A stretch of DNA of 59,322 nt, counting the filler, from Globobulimina sp. (lineage: Eukaryota), in assembly GCA_003354225.1 (NCBI GenBank). It is 8 parts of 8 records of this genome, joined end to end, with 100 filler letters (N's around TTAATTAATTAA, not from the genome) between each part and the next. Parts side by side here need not be neighbours in the genome. Positions count along the whole stretch, not along the records: positions 29,781 to 37,104 come from PIVH01000166.1; positions 37,205 to 44,524 come from PIVH01000167.1; 6 more parts are not named here. One strand, given 5' to 3'. Position 1 is the first letter of the stretch; every line of letters begins with the position of its first letter. Under the pieces are notes generated by a model. That model saw nothing but the letters and a program-made list of their open reading frames with translations. It made no database searches and was not told where the DNA came from. The position numbers and the translations under genes were made by a program. This document shows positions 30,949-41,195 of this stretch, piece by piece.

Positions 30949-33049
30949 TTATTTTTGAAACTTTCGATCATAATATAGTCGTTCATTAATAAATTGTTCT
31001 CTATAAAATAGAAGTTCCTCTCGATCAACATGGTCATTTAATTTACATGGAGCCAACCGCCATTGATTAGAGATGCGTTTGAATTTTAAACAGTTATTAA
31101 ACCAATGGAGTCCATTAATTGTATCGTTTATACATTGCTGATTAGTGCCGCAATGAATTTTAAAATAATACGTGACGCGATTAGTATTTTTACTATGTCC
31201 ATCCGCAAATGAATTTTCAAATGACCATTCTGCCGAATTTGGTACAAAATGCGGGCTAAATAAACGTTTGCCATACCGAATAAATTCCTTTTCAATATAT
31301 TTACCATACTGTTGAATATTGCCAGGTCTATACCGCGAGCTCCCGGTTAAGCCACAATTCCAGGCCGTATTATTCACTTGAAATTCATTTTGACGTCGTA
31401 ACACCGGCAGCGGTATACGCTTAATCGCTAATAACTGACGCGTGATACTTTCCATCTCGTCTTGCGCAAACAAACGGCCACGTAAATTCAGATATGAAGT
31501 AATTTTTTTGGTTGAAGGGGGCTGCACCGGCACGGGCTTGCCATTAAACATACGATTTGTCGGTTTAAAATGATTCATGTTCGCCAAATGCTTTCTGTTA
31601 TAATGATCAATACCTTCGAGAATACGTAATTCTGCTCTCCAATCACGATTTGGCGCCTTTATATGGTTGTCAATAATATCAGACAACGTTCGTGCAGGGA
31701 TCCTTGCACTGACATATGATTTCAAATGTGGCGGAAGACAGTTAAAAAGGCCCAAAGTTGCTAATATCAGTGGTATCGGTGCGTACAACAAAAATTGTGT
31801 TGAGGTCGTAATATTGTTATTATTTTTAGATTCATCCTGTTGGATGTCATTATTATTATTATTATTATTATTATATAATATTGCCAGGTCACTATAATTA
31901 TTTTTAAAGTCTTCCTCTTTGATGTCATTATTATTAAAATTGTTATTATTTGTATTGATAGTTGTGATAATAACAGCTTGATCATTGTTATTATTGTTAA
32001 AATTGTTATTATTATTAAAATTATGATAAACGACCGGTTTAACTTTTGTTTCTTTATTATAACCACCAGAGACCTGTGCAAACTGCCCGGGAGTAAAGCC
32101 ATGTGCTTCTCCATCACCCGGTTGTCCACGTACTGGATCCTGTGCATGTTGTCCCGGAGTAAAGCCATCCGCTTGTCCATGAACTGGATCCTGTTCAAAC
32201 TGTCCTTGTGTATCGGCATCATTATAAAATTGTATTTTTAATAACCTCTCGATTTCGTTTTTTGTTGCTAATAATCGTTTCTTATGGACGGTTTGTTCTA
32301 CTGGCGGACGAAAATCGTCAAGGTTGACATCCGAAACTATTTATATATATTTATACAAAAAAGAAATATACTAAAAAATTTTTTGTCTGTGAATTTTTGT
32401 ACAAACCTTGATTAAATGTCTTAATAATTCGCGTCTTTTCACGTGCCACAATGTTTGCAATTTGTTCAACAAATTCTTTTCTAAATTCTTCAATAATGGC
32501 CCATTGCCAATTAATTGCTTCAAAATTTTGAAACATTTGGAAGATAAATTGGAAATCCTCAATACCAATAAAAAAATGAATTAAAGCCACAAAATCACGA
32601 ACGCTTTGTAATAATCGAGAATAATTTTTCTCTAATACACCATACGGTGCTAATACATTAAAAATAAATTCATTTACACCATTCTCAAAATCCAAATTCT
32701 TCCTACTTTCCGGCGATAAAAATGTTAAGATTACATCGAAGTTATATGCAAGGGTTGGCCCGAACGATAAGCCATAATTTTTAGCATGGTAATTCACCGC
32801 CTCTAATTTGCATAATTTCTGATATTCTTTAAATAATTGTTCTTCGGTGCTATAACAACCAGCAAATCCACTCTTTTCCTTGCCAATGCGCTGAAGATAT
32901 GCTATAAAATTCTGTATGAGTAATAGGCGATGTTCGTCAGTAACGACATCCGATGGTTTTATTTCTTTTGCTAATAATACTTGCTGTATCACAATTTTGC
33001 AGTTAAAGCCATCGTCTGTGCCACCGTCGGTCTCTTTCTGTTGTGCCAT
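30949..33049 (-). CDS. two-exon hypothetical protein (~680 aa) with GFTPGQ repeats and Asn tracts
   Basis: Intron 32337-32406 (GTTTGT...AAATAG) joins ORF 32351..33091 to an uninterrupted exon 32336-30949 in frame. Confidence 0.75.
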
Positions 33050-33225
33050 GATGAAAGTCTGTAAATGTTTGTTTTCCCAAAACTTCAACAAGCATAATTG
33101 TTATCAACAGTTTAAGTTAAATCAATTCAAAAGAGATCCATTTAGATAAAATTTAAACAAACAAAATAAAACAAAAAGCATTATAAAAAGATTCAATGTA
33201 TGCATTCAATTTTTTTTTTTTCCAA

Positions 33226-33447
33226 AAAAATTTAAAAACCACATAATAAAAAAAAAAATAAAGAAAATTTATTTTGTTTTATATAAAAAAAATTTAAAAA
33301 GCACATAATATAAAAAAAAAATAAAGAAAGTTTAAAAATAGTCAATGTTGCAGTCAATCCTTTTTTTTTATATAAAAAAAAATTAAAAAACACATAATAA
33401 AAAAAAAAATAAAGAAAGTTTAAAAATAGTCAATGTATGCAGTCAAT
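33226..33447. repeat. degenerate A-rich tandem duplication
   Basis: ACATAATA(A)nTAAAGAAA occurs three times; AAAGTTTAAAAATAGTCAATGT..GCAGTCAAT occurs twice. Confidence 0.7.
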
Positions 33448-36334
33448 TTGTGTTACGCCTATTCGTACTTTTTGTATTTTTCTTTGCAGTGTTTTTGCAA
33501 TATGCATGCTCCAATGGCATACCACAAATTATACATTCTGTATAAGATTGATTTTTTTTAATTTGTTTTTTGCAAATCGCACATTTTGGATTTTTGATGT
33601 TTATCATTATATACGCGTCATACGCAGATGCATTTCCCCATTTTTGGTGGCTTTGACCCTTTCCATCATCATGAGCACATTTCTTTCGATTCATACATAT
33701 TTTAAATAATTTCTTCCATTTTTGTCGTTTTTTTGCTCGCGTATTTTTTGCGAAATGCTTTTTTAAAAGACTTCGTATATCTTCATCAGTATCACTATCT
33801 TCATCATTTTCATTCAAATTTGTATCGGATGTAGACGGCTTCTTTTTATTTCCACTCTCCGGCAAAGAGTCCTTTGTAATATCTGCATCTTTATCGCGCG
33901 ACTTCTCTGCCATGGTACTATTTTCCTTCAAATCTCTCTCTTCCTCAGAACTACTTCCGCACAAAGATAATTTCTTGCTGCGGTCATTTTTCTTTTTATT
34001 TGTTGCTGCCTGCTCTGGACTTTTTGGTAATCCAACAAATTTATTAGTATATGATAATCTGCTTGCCGGTTGTAATATATTTACAGGTGTTTTACTTTCC
34101 TCTGCATTTCTAATATTATCACCATCTTTATCCTTATTTTTAGATTCATCCATTTCTACATCACTATATTTATCCTGGTTTTTATTGGCCGGCGTACTTT
34201 TCTTCGACGCATTTTTAGTCCGCGTCTTTTGACTGTACGGCGACTTTCGCTTGTTTTTTTTGAGCGGCGAATTTTGATGCGGCTCCTTTTCCTTGTTTTT
34301 ATTATCACTCTCTGACATTTCAATATCATTCTCATCTTTATCTTGTGATTTGGATTCAGTCTTATTAGCCATGTTTACATCACCATCATTATCGATTAAT
34401 TGCAAAGGTTCCTCCGCAACATTTTCGTCATCAAAAGTTTCTGAAATGTCACTTTGCTTTCTAATTTCATTTCTTTCCTCGTTTAATTCTTCTTTTTTTC
34501 TCAAAACTAATATTTCGTTTTGACTCTTTTTTAATCTTTTCGATGCCGGAAATACGAACTTAGATTTTCTTTTCCTTGGAAGTACTTTCTGATGCAATTT
34601 ATTCGATGATTCATTTTCTTTAATAACTGTTTTTTTTTATTTTATTTTATTTTGTAAAAATTAAATTATTTAAAAAAAAAAAGAATTACTAAACCTGGCT
34701 CTAATGGTGGCATTACCGGGCGAACGTTTTCTTGCGTTTGCGAAAACTGCGTAAGTGTTGCAGGCGCATTTTTGTCATTGGCCGCATTATCGGACTCATT
34801 ATCTGCATCATCCGCATTATCACACTCAATGGCTTCACTCTTAATAATTAGTTGTTCCTCTTCAGAATGTTGTTCCTCTTCAGAATCTTGTTCCTCTTCC
34901 GAATGTTGTTCATCTCCTGAATCTTGTTCCTCTGAAGATATTAAATCTATTACATTGCTTTCAAGAACTCTGTAAGGCTTTTTTTCTTTTTTCATCGTTT
35001 TATTATTATTATTATTATTATTTTTCTTTTTTTTATTTTTTTTATTTTTATTATTATTATTATTTTTATTTTTTTTATTATTTTTATTATTTTTATTCTT
35101 ATTTTTGAATTTGTTTGGCATATGTTCATATGAGGAAGGATTCTCGTCGGTCTTTTCTCGAATATTAATTGTTTGAAAATCTTTTCTATTCAATGGGTCA
35201 AAGTAATATAGAACTTCATACGGACTTGCTCTTGCAAGGTGTAATATAATTTTGCATTTACCAATACTATCTAATTTATATGGACTTTTTCTCAAATTGT
35301 ATGTAATCTCAGCAAAGTCTTTTTCGTCACTAAATTTATTATATTTTTTTAAATTTTTTTTTGAATTTGGCATTAATTTAAAAAAAAAGAAATTTCTATG
35401 CATACCTTTTTTTCAAAATCGACTCGAATTTCTCTTTATGATCAAAATAAAAATGCTCGAATTGAATTTTGGCGTTGATGGTTGGTTTATTTTTTTTGTC
35501 ATTTTCTGCATCGACTGCCTTTGGACGCTGCGCAAGTTTTGGATATAGATTCTTTAAATGGCCATTTTTACAAAGCTGACATTGATAAATTGTTTTTTTA
35601 TTATAGTTTTTCAAATGCTGGAATTCAAGATATCTCTTTTTTGCCTTCGTCTTTTTTGCCAACATTCGCAAATTACAATTAGCAATCACATGCTGTGCTT
35701 TACGTATCGACGTTGTTATAACTCTACATTTAATTAATCTTAATTCTGTATATTTTTTTAATTGTTTATCGAAATGAATGTAATCTTTCGCACCGGCAGT
35801 TATGCAGAGTCCTGCTCTTTTTTTCGCAGTTTTGTGACATTGTGTGCTTCGTTTAATGACTTTTTTGCCGATACTAAGATTGTTCCCAACTTCAACCAAA
35901 TGCTTGTCTAACTTTCTGGCGAATATATTTGAATATATTATTTGCAATCGACACCATAATGTTGCCCACTGAGCATTGAGATTTTCGCATTGTTCAAAGA
36001 TTCCCAAAATGCCGCTTTCGGTAAATAAACCTTCAATTGCAAACTCTGTCTCTAATAATCCATTCACTTCCAATTGCGACCACAGCAAATCTGTTTTACT
36101 TGCTTTAGCAAATCTCATCATATGATGTTTGAATTTCTGGTGCAGATCGTCTTGGTCCGCCAAACTGCGAACCGTAATGTCTTTGTATGGCGGGAAATTG
36201 TTATTCTTGTTCTTGTTGTCGTCATTGTAGTTGTCGTCATTGTAGTTGTCGTCATTGTAGTTGTCGTCATTGCAGTTGTCGTCATTGTAGTTGTCGTCAT
36301 TGTAGTCGTCGTCATTGTGCTCGTACACAGACAT
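33443..36334 (-). CDS. three-exon low-complexity protein with CxxC and a C-terminal PHD/RING-like finger
   Basis: Introns 35330-35405 and 34627-34694 restore the frame (KKS|DEK, EP|VIKE). N-terminal (DDNYN)n, YQCQLC, and CAICKKQI...CIICG...HAYC. Confidence 0.75.
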
Positions 36335-36406
36335 GTTTAGTGAAGGTTTTTTTTTACTTGAAAATTGACACGCACGCATTTAGAATAAATCTGTTAAAGT
36401 TACAAT

Positions 36407-37002
36407 TCATGCAAATTTAATGTTTGATTTAGATTTAAAATAATCAGTTATTTTTCTTGAAGAGACCTTCTTTTTAATTCTTTTTTTTTTCCATTTATGA
36501 TACGTGCATTGATGATCCGGGTTAGAAGGAGTACATTTGCAGCATCTTCGAATATTGATAGTAATTTGAACCTTTGGATCTTTTCTTACATGATTTGCTC
36601 GTAATAAAGCGCTTGATAACAATGCTCTTCCATGTCCTTTATAACCATATTCCTCCACCGTGCCTTTAAAAACAGAATTTGAAATTCTGCCATTGCAGCC
36701 AAATTGGATAGTCACAACTCTTTTTTTATAAAGAGTATCCTCATGATTATTGTGGGATTTTATCTTTGCCAACGCGCCCCAATAATATATATTATGATTG
36801 GCATCATAACTCTCTGTTTAAAAATACAAACAATAATAAGAATATATATATATATATTTGAAAAAACTAAACTATTTTTTAAGAATTTGAATATGAAGGT
36901 ATATTTGTCAAATTGTTTAATCTTTCTAAATGATGACTTATTCGATTTTAATACTGCATCGAAATTTACTGTAAAATCTAATTTTTTCCCCATTGAAGCC
37001 AT
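36407..37002 (-). CDS. probable two-exon small protein with a C-terminal PIP-box-like motif
   Basis: Putative intron at ~36813-36872. Ends CCKC...HQC...RKITDYF. Confidence 0.45.
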
Positions 37003-37204
37003 TGAAAAGTAAGATCTATTTGGCGCTCAAATTTAAAAAACCTTAACAGTAAATCTAAAAAAAAAAGAGATGGCAAACCAGAAAGGAACAGAAACGACAA
37101 TTGANNNNNNNNNNNNNNNNNNNNNNNNNNNNNNNNNNNNNNNNNNNNTTAATTAATTAANNNNNNNNNNNNNNNNNNNNNNNNNNNNNNNNNNNNNNNN
37201 NNNN

Positions 37205-37496
37205 ATTCGAACAAGCTCAATTGGAATGGAATTATATGGAAAGAAATAGACAACAAAACATTGATGAAATGGATTTAAATTTACTGCTGAGAAAGAGTCG
37301 AGGCATTAATCATAGAGATTGGACGCCATCCACTGCGGATACCACAGCTCAACACAATAAAAGACCAAATGCATATATTGCGGATGATATTGGCATACCT
37401 AAACCGTATGGTGCTCATCCTCCATTTAAACCAACTGCATTAGGAGCAAATATGAGACACATTAAAAAGCCACAATGTAAACAAGTTATTGTTTGA
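37205..37496 (+). CDS. C-terminal part of a conserved-looking eukaryotic protein
   Basis: Open from the contig start; GIPKPYGAHPPFKPT..GANMRHI. Confidence 0.55.
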
Positions 37497-37713
37497 TGCT
37501 TGTTTTCTATATCTCAGAGTGTACAATGTTTTTGCACTGTAATTTGTACTTTAATAATTCAATTTAATTGTGTTTAACTGCATTCATATATTAATATTAG
37601 TATTCTAATTCAATTGAGATCTCGATCCCAAAACTTTCTTTTTAAAATAGAGTGGGTGGGTCAGTGCATTCATGGGGCCACACTTGTGAAGTTTTGAAAA
37701 GTTATTTGCTACA

Positions 37714-39807
37714 ATGAATTCCATGGCCGCTCAAACAAAATACAAGAATATGAACAAAAAAACGACCAAAAAGCAGGATGCACCCATTAAAATTAACGCA
37801 GTCCAATACCGTGGTGTTCGATCATTATTTGCAATCCGTAAACAACGAAGAGAAGCATTAAAAGGACGTAAAGTACCATTATTAAATATCGTTTATACCA
37901 CAGCATTTTTACAATTTGTAATTGTGATATGTATAACCACACTAATAACACTTCGGCAGGACACAGAATTCTTTTTTTTTCATACCACACAAAATTTCAA
38001 TGGCATATTTAAATTGGATGATGATGTTTATTCATTGCAGGATTCGAGCTTCCTACGAACAGAAAATTTAATAAACTCATTACAAAATAAGTTTAAAATC
38101 TTCTTCAAACTGACCAGAGAATACAGCGATCATTACATATACCCGGAAAATATTTTAGTTGAGAATACCACCGCAAACAAACACCATCACCATAACCTAA
38201 TACCCTCTGCGATGCTGACTTTCCATTTTGAAAACCCGGACTTTGCTCCTTCTGTCTCATACCTCATAAACCCGATGAATTTGAGTATATTAACCTACAA
38301 CACCTCGGACGACCTAATTAAGCTGGTCACCAATTGCCATTCCATTCAGTCCTCCTTTTCCATCGAATCCTACTCATTCATCAACGATGTGCGCAACTTA
38401 TGGCGCTGGCATATTGACTATGAAATAAAGCTGCAAACTACGCAAATGAACATGTTATCGTACATTGCAGTGTCGTATGACCGAATGGATGATTCCGTCT
38501 CTTGGTGGGATAAGGACTCCGTCGCATTTATGGGCAGTGTGGTGGCCTCCTTTGGGTTATGCGCATTCAGTATTATGGCACTGACTCGTTTTACATACAA
38601 ATATGGCTTTTTCTTCTTTATCAACCTCGCAATCTTAAAACAGTTACAGTTCCGGATCATTTTACCAATCTCGCATCTGATATCGCTGTTGTGTGGTTTT
38701 ATTTATTTGGTCAATCTGTCCAATATCGGCGACTTTAACGACAAGTCTGAGCTGCGGCTATTAATAGCATTATGTGCGTGGCTGTCGTGGTGTATGATGG
38801 TGTTTAGTATCTCGAGGCAGGGCACAGAGTATGGCGCGTTATTCCAGACACTTAAGATGTCATTTAAACCGATTGTAATATTGTTAGTGTCGTTGTTTCC
38901 TATCATGATTGGTTTCATATTATTTGGAGCATTGATATTCGGGGTTCCTGATGGACGGCAAATGTTCACTACGCCCGAATGTACTGCGAAGACACTGTAT
39001 GCGGTGTGGTTAGGCGATGAGGTTTTGGATGCATATAAAGCAGTGGGTATTGGCAATGTCATTGCAGAGATATATATGTATAGCTGGGGCATATTATTTA
39101 TTGCCATCATGTATAATGTGGGTTTGGTAATTGTGGAGGCGAATTTTTTTATGGCTGTGCCGCAGTTAGAATTGCCAGAGGATAAACCGGGTGCTTCATT
39201 TAGGGATTTGCAACGGATTAAGGCTGCGAAGGAAAGGAAAGCAAAAATGGAATTGGAGGCAAAAATGGCCAAAAAAACTAAACATTTGGCGGACACAGAC
39301 AATGATTCATCGGATTCTGACTCTGATGAGGAAGTGGATGATGGTGCTATGCAAGAATGGGAATTGAATGAACCAGAACCGCAGCAAAATGAAATATGTA
39401 TCTTTGAAAATATACACTCCAGTTTTGAGTTTATGGCACAAACTCAAAATAATAAGCAAGCGGCGATTCCATTAACCACAGTGATGCCCAAAATAAATCA
39501 GAATAGCAACATTGATGATGATATGGAGGATGTAATAGAAACTAAATTGAATGAAAATGAAATGAAAGAAAGAAATGAAAAGTATATTAATTCGTTTGTG
39601 TCTCATTTGAAGTGTCAAATAATAAATAAAATCTCAAAAGGATTGATTGATAAAAATATTGGGACATTGCTGAAGCAAAATAAATTATCCCTTCAGTCTC
39701 AGAAAGATTTGGATTTATTAAAAGATGATATATTGAAAAAGTATCAAGTTTATTTAATTAATGTTAAAAATCAAATGACGCAGTTTATGGGTTCGATAAA
39801 TGATTAA
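37714..39807 (+). CDS. mucolipin/TRPML-like cation channel
   Basis: S1, large luminal loop, S2-S6; pore FTTPECTAKTLYAVWLGDEVLDAY resembles the TRPML NGDD filter region. Confidence 0.75.
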   Translation: MNSMAAQTKYKNMNKKTTKKQDAPIKINAVQYRGVRSLFAIRKQRREALKGRKVPLLNIVYTTAFLQFVIVICITTLITLRQDTEFFFFHTTQNFNGIFKLDDDVYSLQDSSFLRTENLINSLQNKFKIFFKLTREYSDHYIYPENILVENTTANKHHHHNLIPSAMLTFHFENPDFAPSVSYLINPMNLSILTYNTSDDLIKLVTNCHSIQSSFSIESYSFINDVRNLWRWHIDYEIKLQTTQMNMLSYIAVSYDRMDDSVSWWDKDSVAFMGSVVASFGLCAFSIMALTRFTYKYGFFFFINLAILKQLQFRIILPISHLISLLCGFIYLVNLSNIGDFNDKSELRLLIALCAWLSWCMMVFSISRQGTEYGALFQTLKMSFKPIVILLVSLFPIMIGFILFGALIFGVPDGRQMFTTPECTAKTLYAVWLGDEVLDAYKAVGIGNVIAEIYMYSWGILFIAIMYNVGLVIVEANFFMAVPQLELPEDKPGASFRDLQRIKAAKERKAKMELEAKMAKKTKHLADTDNDSSDSDSDEEVDDGAMQEWELNEPEPQQNEICIFENIHSSFEFMAQTQNNKQAAIPLTTVMPKINQNSNIDDDMEDVIETKLNENEMKERNEKYINSFVSHLKCQIINKISKGLIDKNIGTLLKQNKLSLQSQKDLDLLKDDILKKYQVYLINVKNQMTQFMGSIND

Positions 39808-39930
39808 TAATTTTTTGTGAATAATGTATTTATCCTGGCACTGAGAGATAGACTTTTACATTTTTTTTCTGTCAAACTCACGGCAGTTCGTTAACTGAAA
39901 TTATTAGCACATTAAATAAAAATATAATAT

Positions 39931-41001
39931 TCACAGTTTAGAAGGCAAATATCCAGCTGATGCATTCACTCCATCTGCTACTTTTGATCGAAATATTTGA
40001 TCATATAATCCAGGCATATAATGAACCATATCTATGTTATACATAAAGTCATAAAATGATGAGTTTAACGTCAAACAGAATATAGAAATAGAATGCATAC
40101 ACATAAGATTTAAATGTGGTGGTTTAACAGGCCAAGATTCAAAAATCTTGTTACTTGCTGCAATACATATTAATTCCGCACATCTTTGCGGTGCCATTCC
40201 AGATTGTATACCAACGTCTCTTTTATTATAACCCTTTCCATGTTTTCCTTTTGCTGCAACATCAACATTTGTTGCAACAGAACCAGGCAAAATATCAGTG
40301 ATTGAAATATTTTCATAATTACTCAATTCATTGAATAAGCTTTGATCAAACCCAAATAAACCACTTTTTGTGGCTGTATAAGTTGTTCGTATTGGAACCA
40401 TTAATTTTGCCGCAACAGATGTTATGTTAATAATATGTCCAAACATTTCTTTTCTATTTTTATTATTCTTTATCATATCATCCAATACCAATTTAGTTAA
40501 AATAAGTGGTGACACCAAATTTGTTTGCAACATTTCCAAACTATCATTTAACGCCATATCAACATAATGACTTCTCATTGAAAATCCTGCATTGTTTACC
40601 AATATATCTACTGATGACACATCAAAATAATTTAAAATTGATTCATATGCATCTTTATGATATTTTGGATCAGTTTTTGTCAAATCCATTGCTAAAACAT
40701 AAACGTCTTTGTTGTTTGTTTGGAGTCCTTGTTTTATGCTTTCCAAAATGTTTTGTCTTCTCGCCGATAACACAAATCTAACTCCAACATTTAATGAATC
40801 CAAATAAATGACCAATGCTTTACCAATTCCGCTCGATGCTCCAGTAATCCATATAATGCGATTAGCAAAATAGTGCGGATTTAATGTGGATGTATATGTT
40901 GTTAAGTCCACATCTCGCAATGTATTCGTATAATAAAACAATCCTCCAGCAATAGTTAAACCTGCTAACGTTGTGGCTACACTTTTGACAATCTTTGCCA
41001 T
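39931..41001 (-). CDS. short-chain dehydrogenase/reductase, DHRS7-like, with N-terminal membrane anchor
   Basis: TGASSGIG, NNAG, S...YTATK. Probable small in-frame intron at ~40034-40100. Confidence 0.92.
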   Translation of the reverse strand: MAKIVKSVATTLAGLTIAGGLFYYTNTLRDVDLTTYTSTLNPHYFANRIIWITGASSGIGKALVIYLDSLNVGVRFVLSARRQNILESIKQGLQTNNKDVYVLAMDLTKTDPKYHKDAYESILNYFDVSSVDILVNNAGFSMRSHYVDMALNDSLEMLQTNLVSPLILTKLVLDDMIKNNKNRKEMFGHIINITSVAAKLMVPIRTTYTATKSGLFGFDQSLFNELSNYENISITDILPGSVATNVDVAAKGKHGKGYNKRDVGIQSGMAPQRCAELICIAASNKIFESWPVKPPHLNLMCMHSISIFCLTLNSSFYDFMYNIDMVHYMPGLYDQIFRSKVADGVNASAGYLPSKL

Positions 41002-41195
41002 TATTTAATATTCACTTATAGTAGTGAAGAAATAATGAAGATCGATTTTTGACCAAACCACCACATGCTCGTCAAACAACTCTACGCTGTCAAATACATT
41101 TTGCACCTGCTGAATATGGATACAATTTTGCAGCTGATCAATATGTTGGAACGCGCTATATCGCATGAATCGATCCATTGAGCAATAAATTAAAA

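Noticed and set aside
31767..32222. 151-aa ORF between two larger ORFs
   Set aside because: An off-frame shadow of exon 2 of the spliced gene 30949-33049.
36215..36316. 15-bp tandem array, CRISPR-like at first glance
   Set aside because: It has no spacers and is a coding minisatellite (DDNYN)n.
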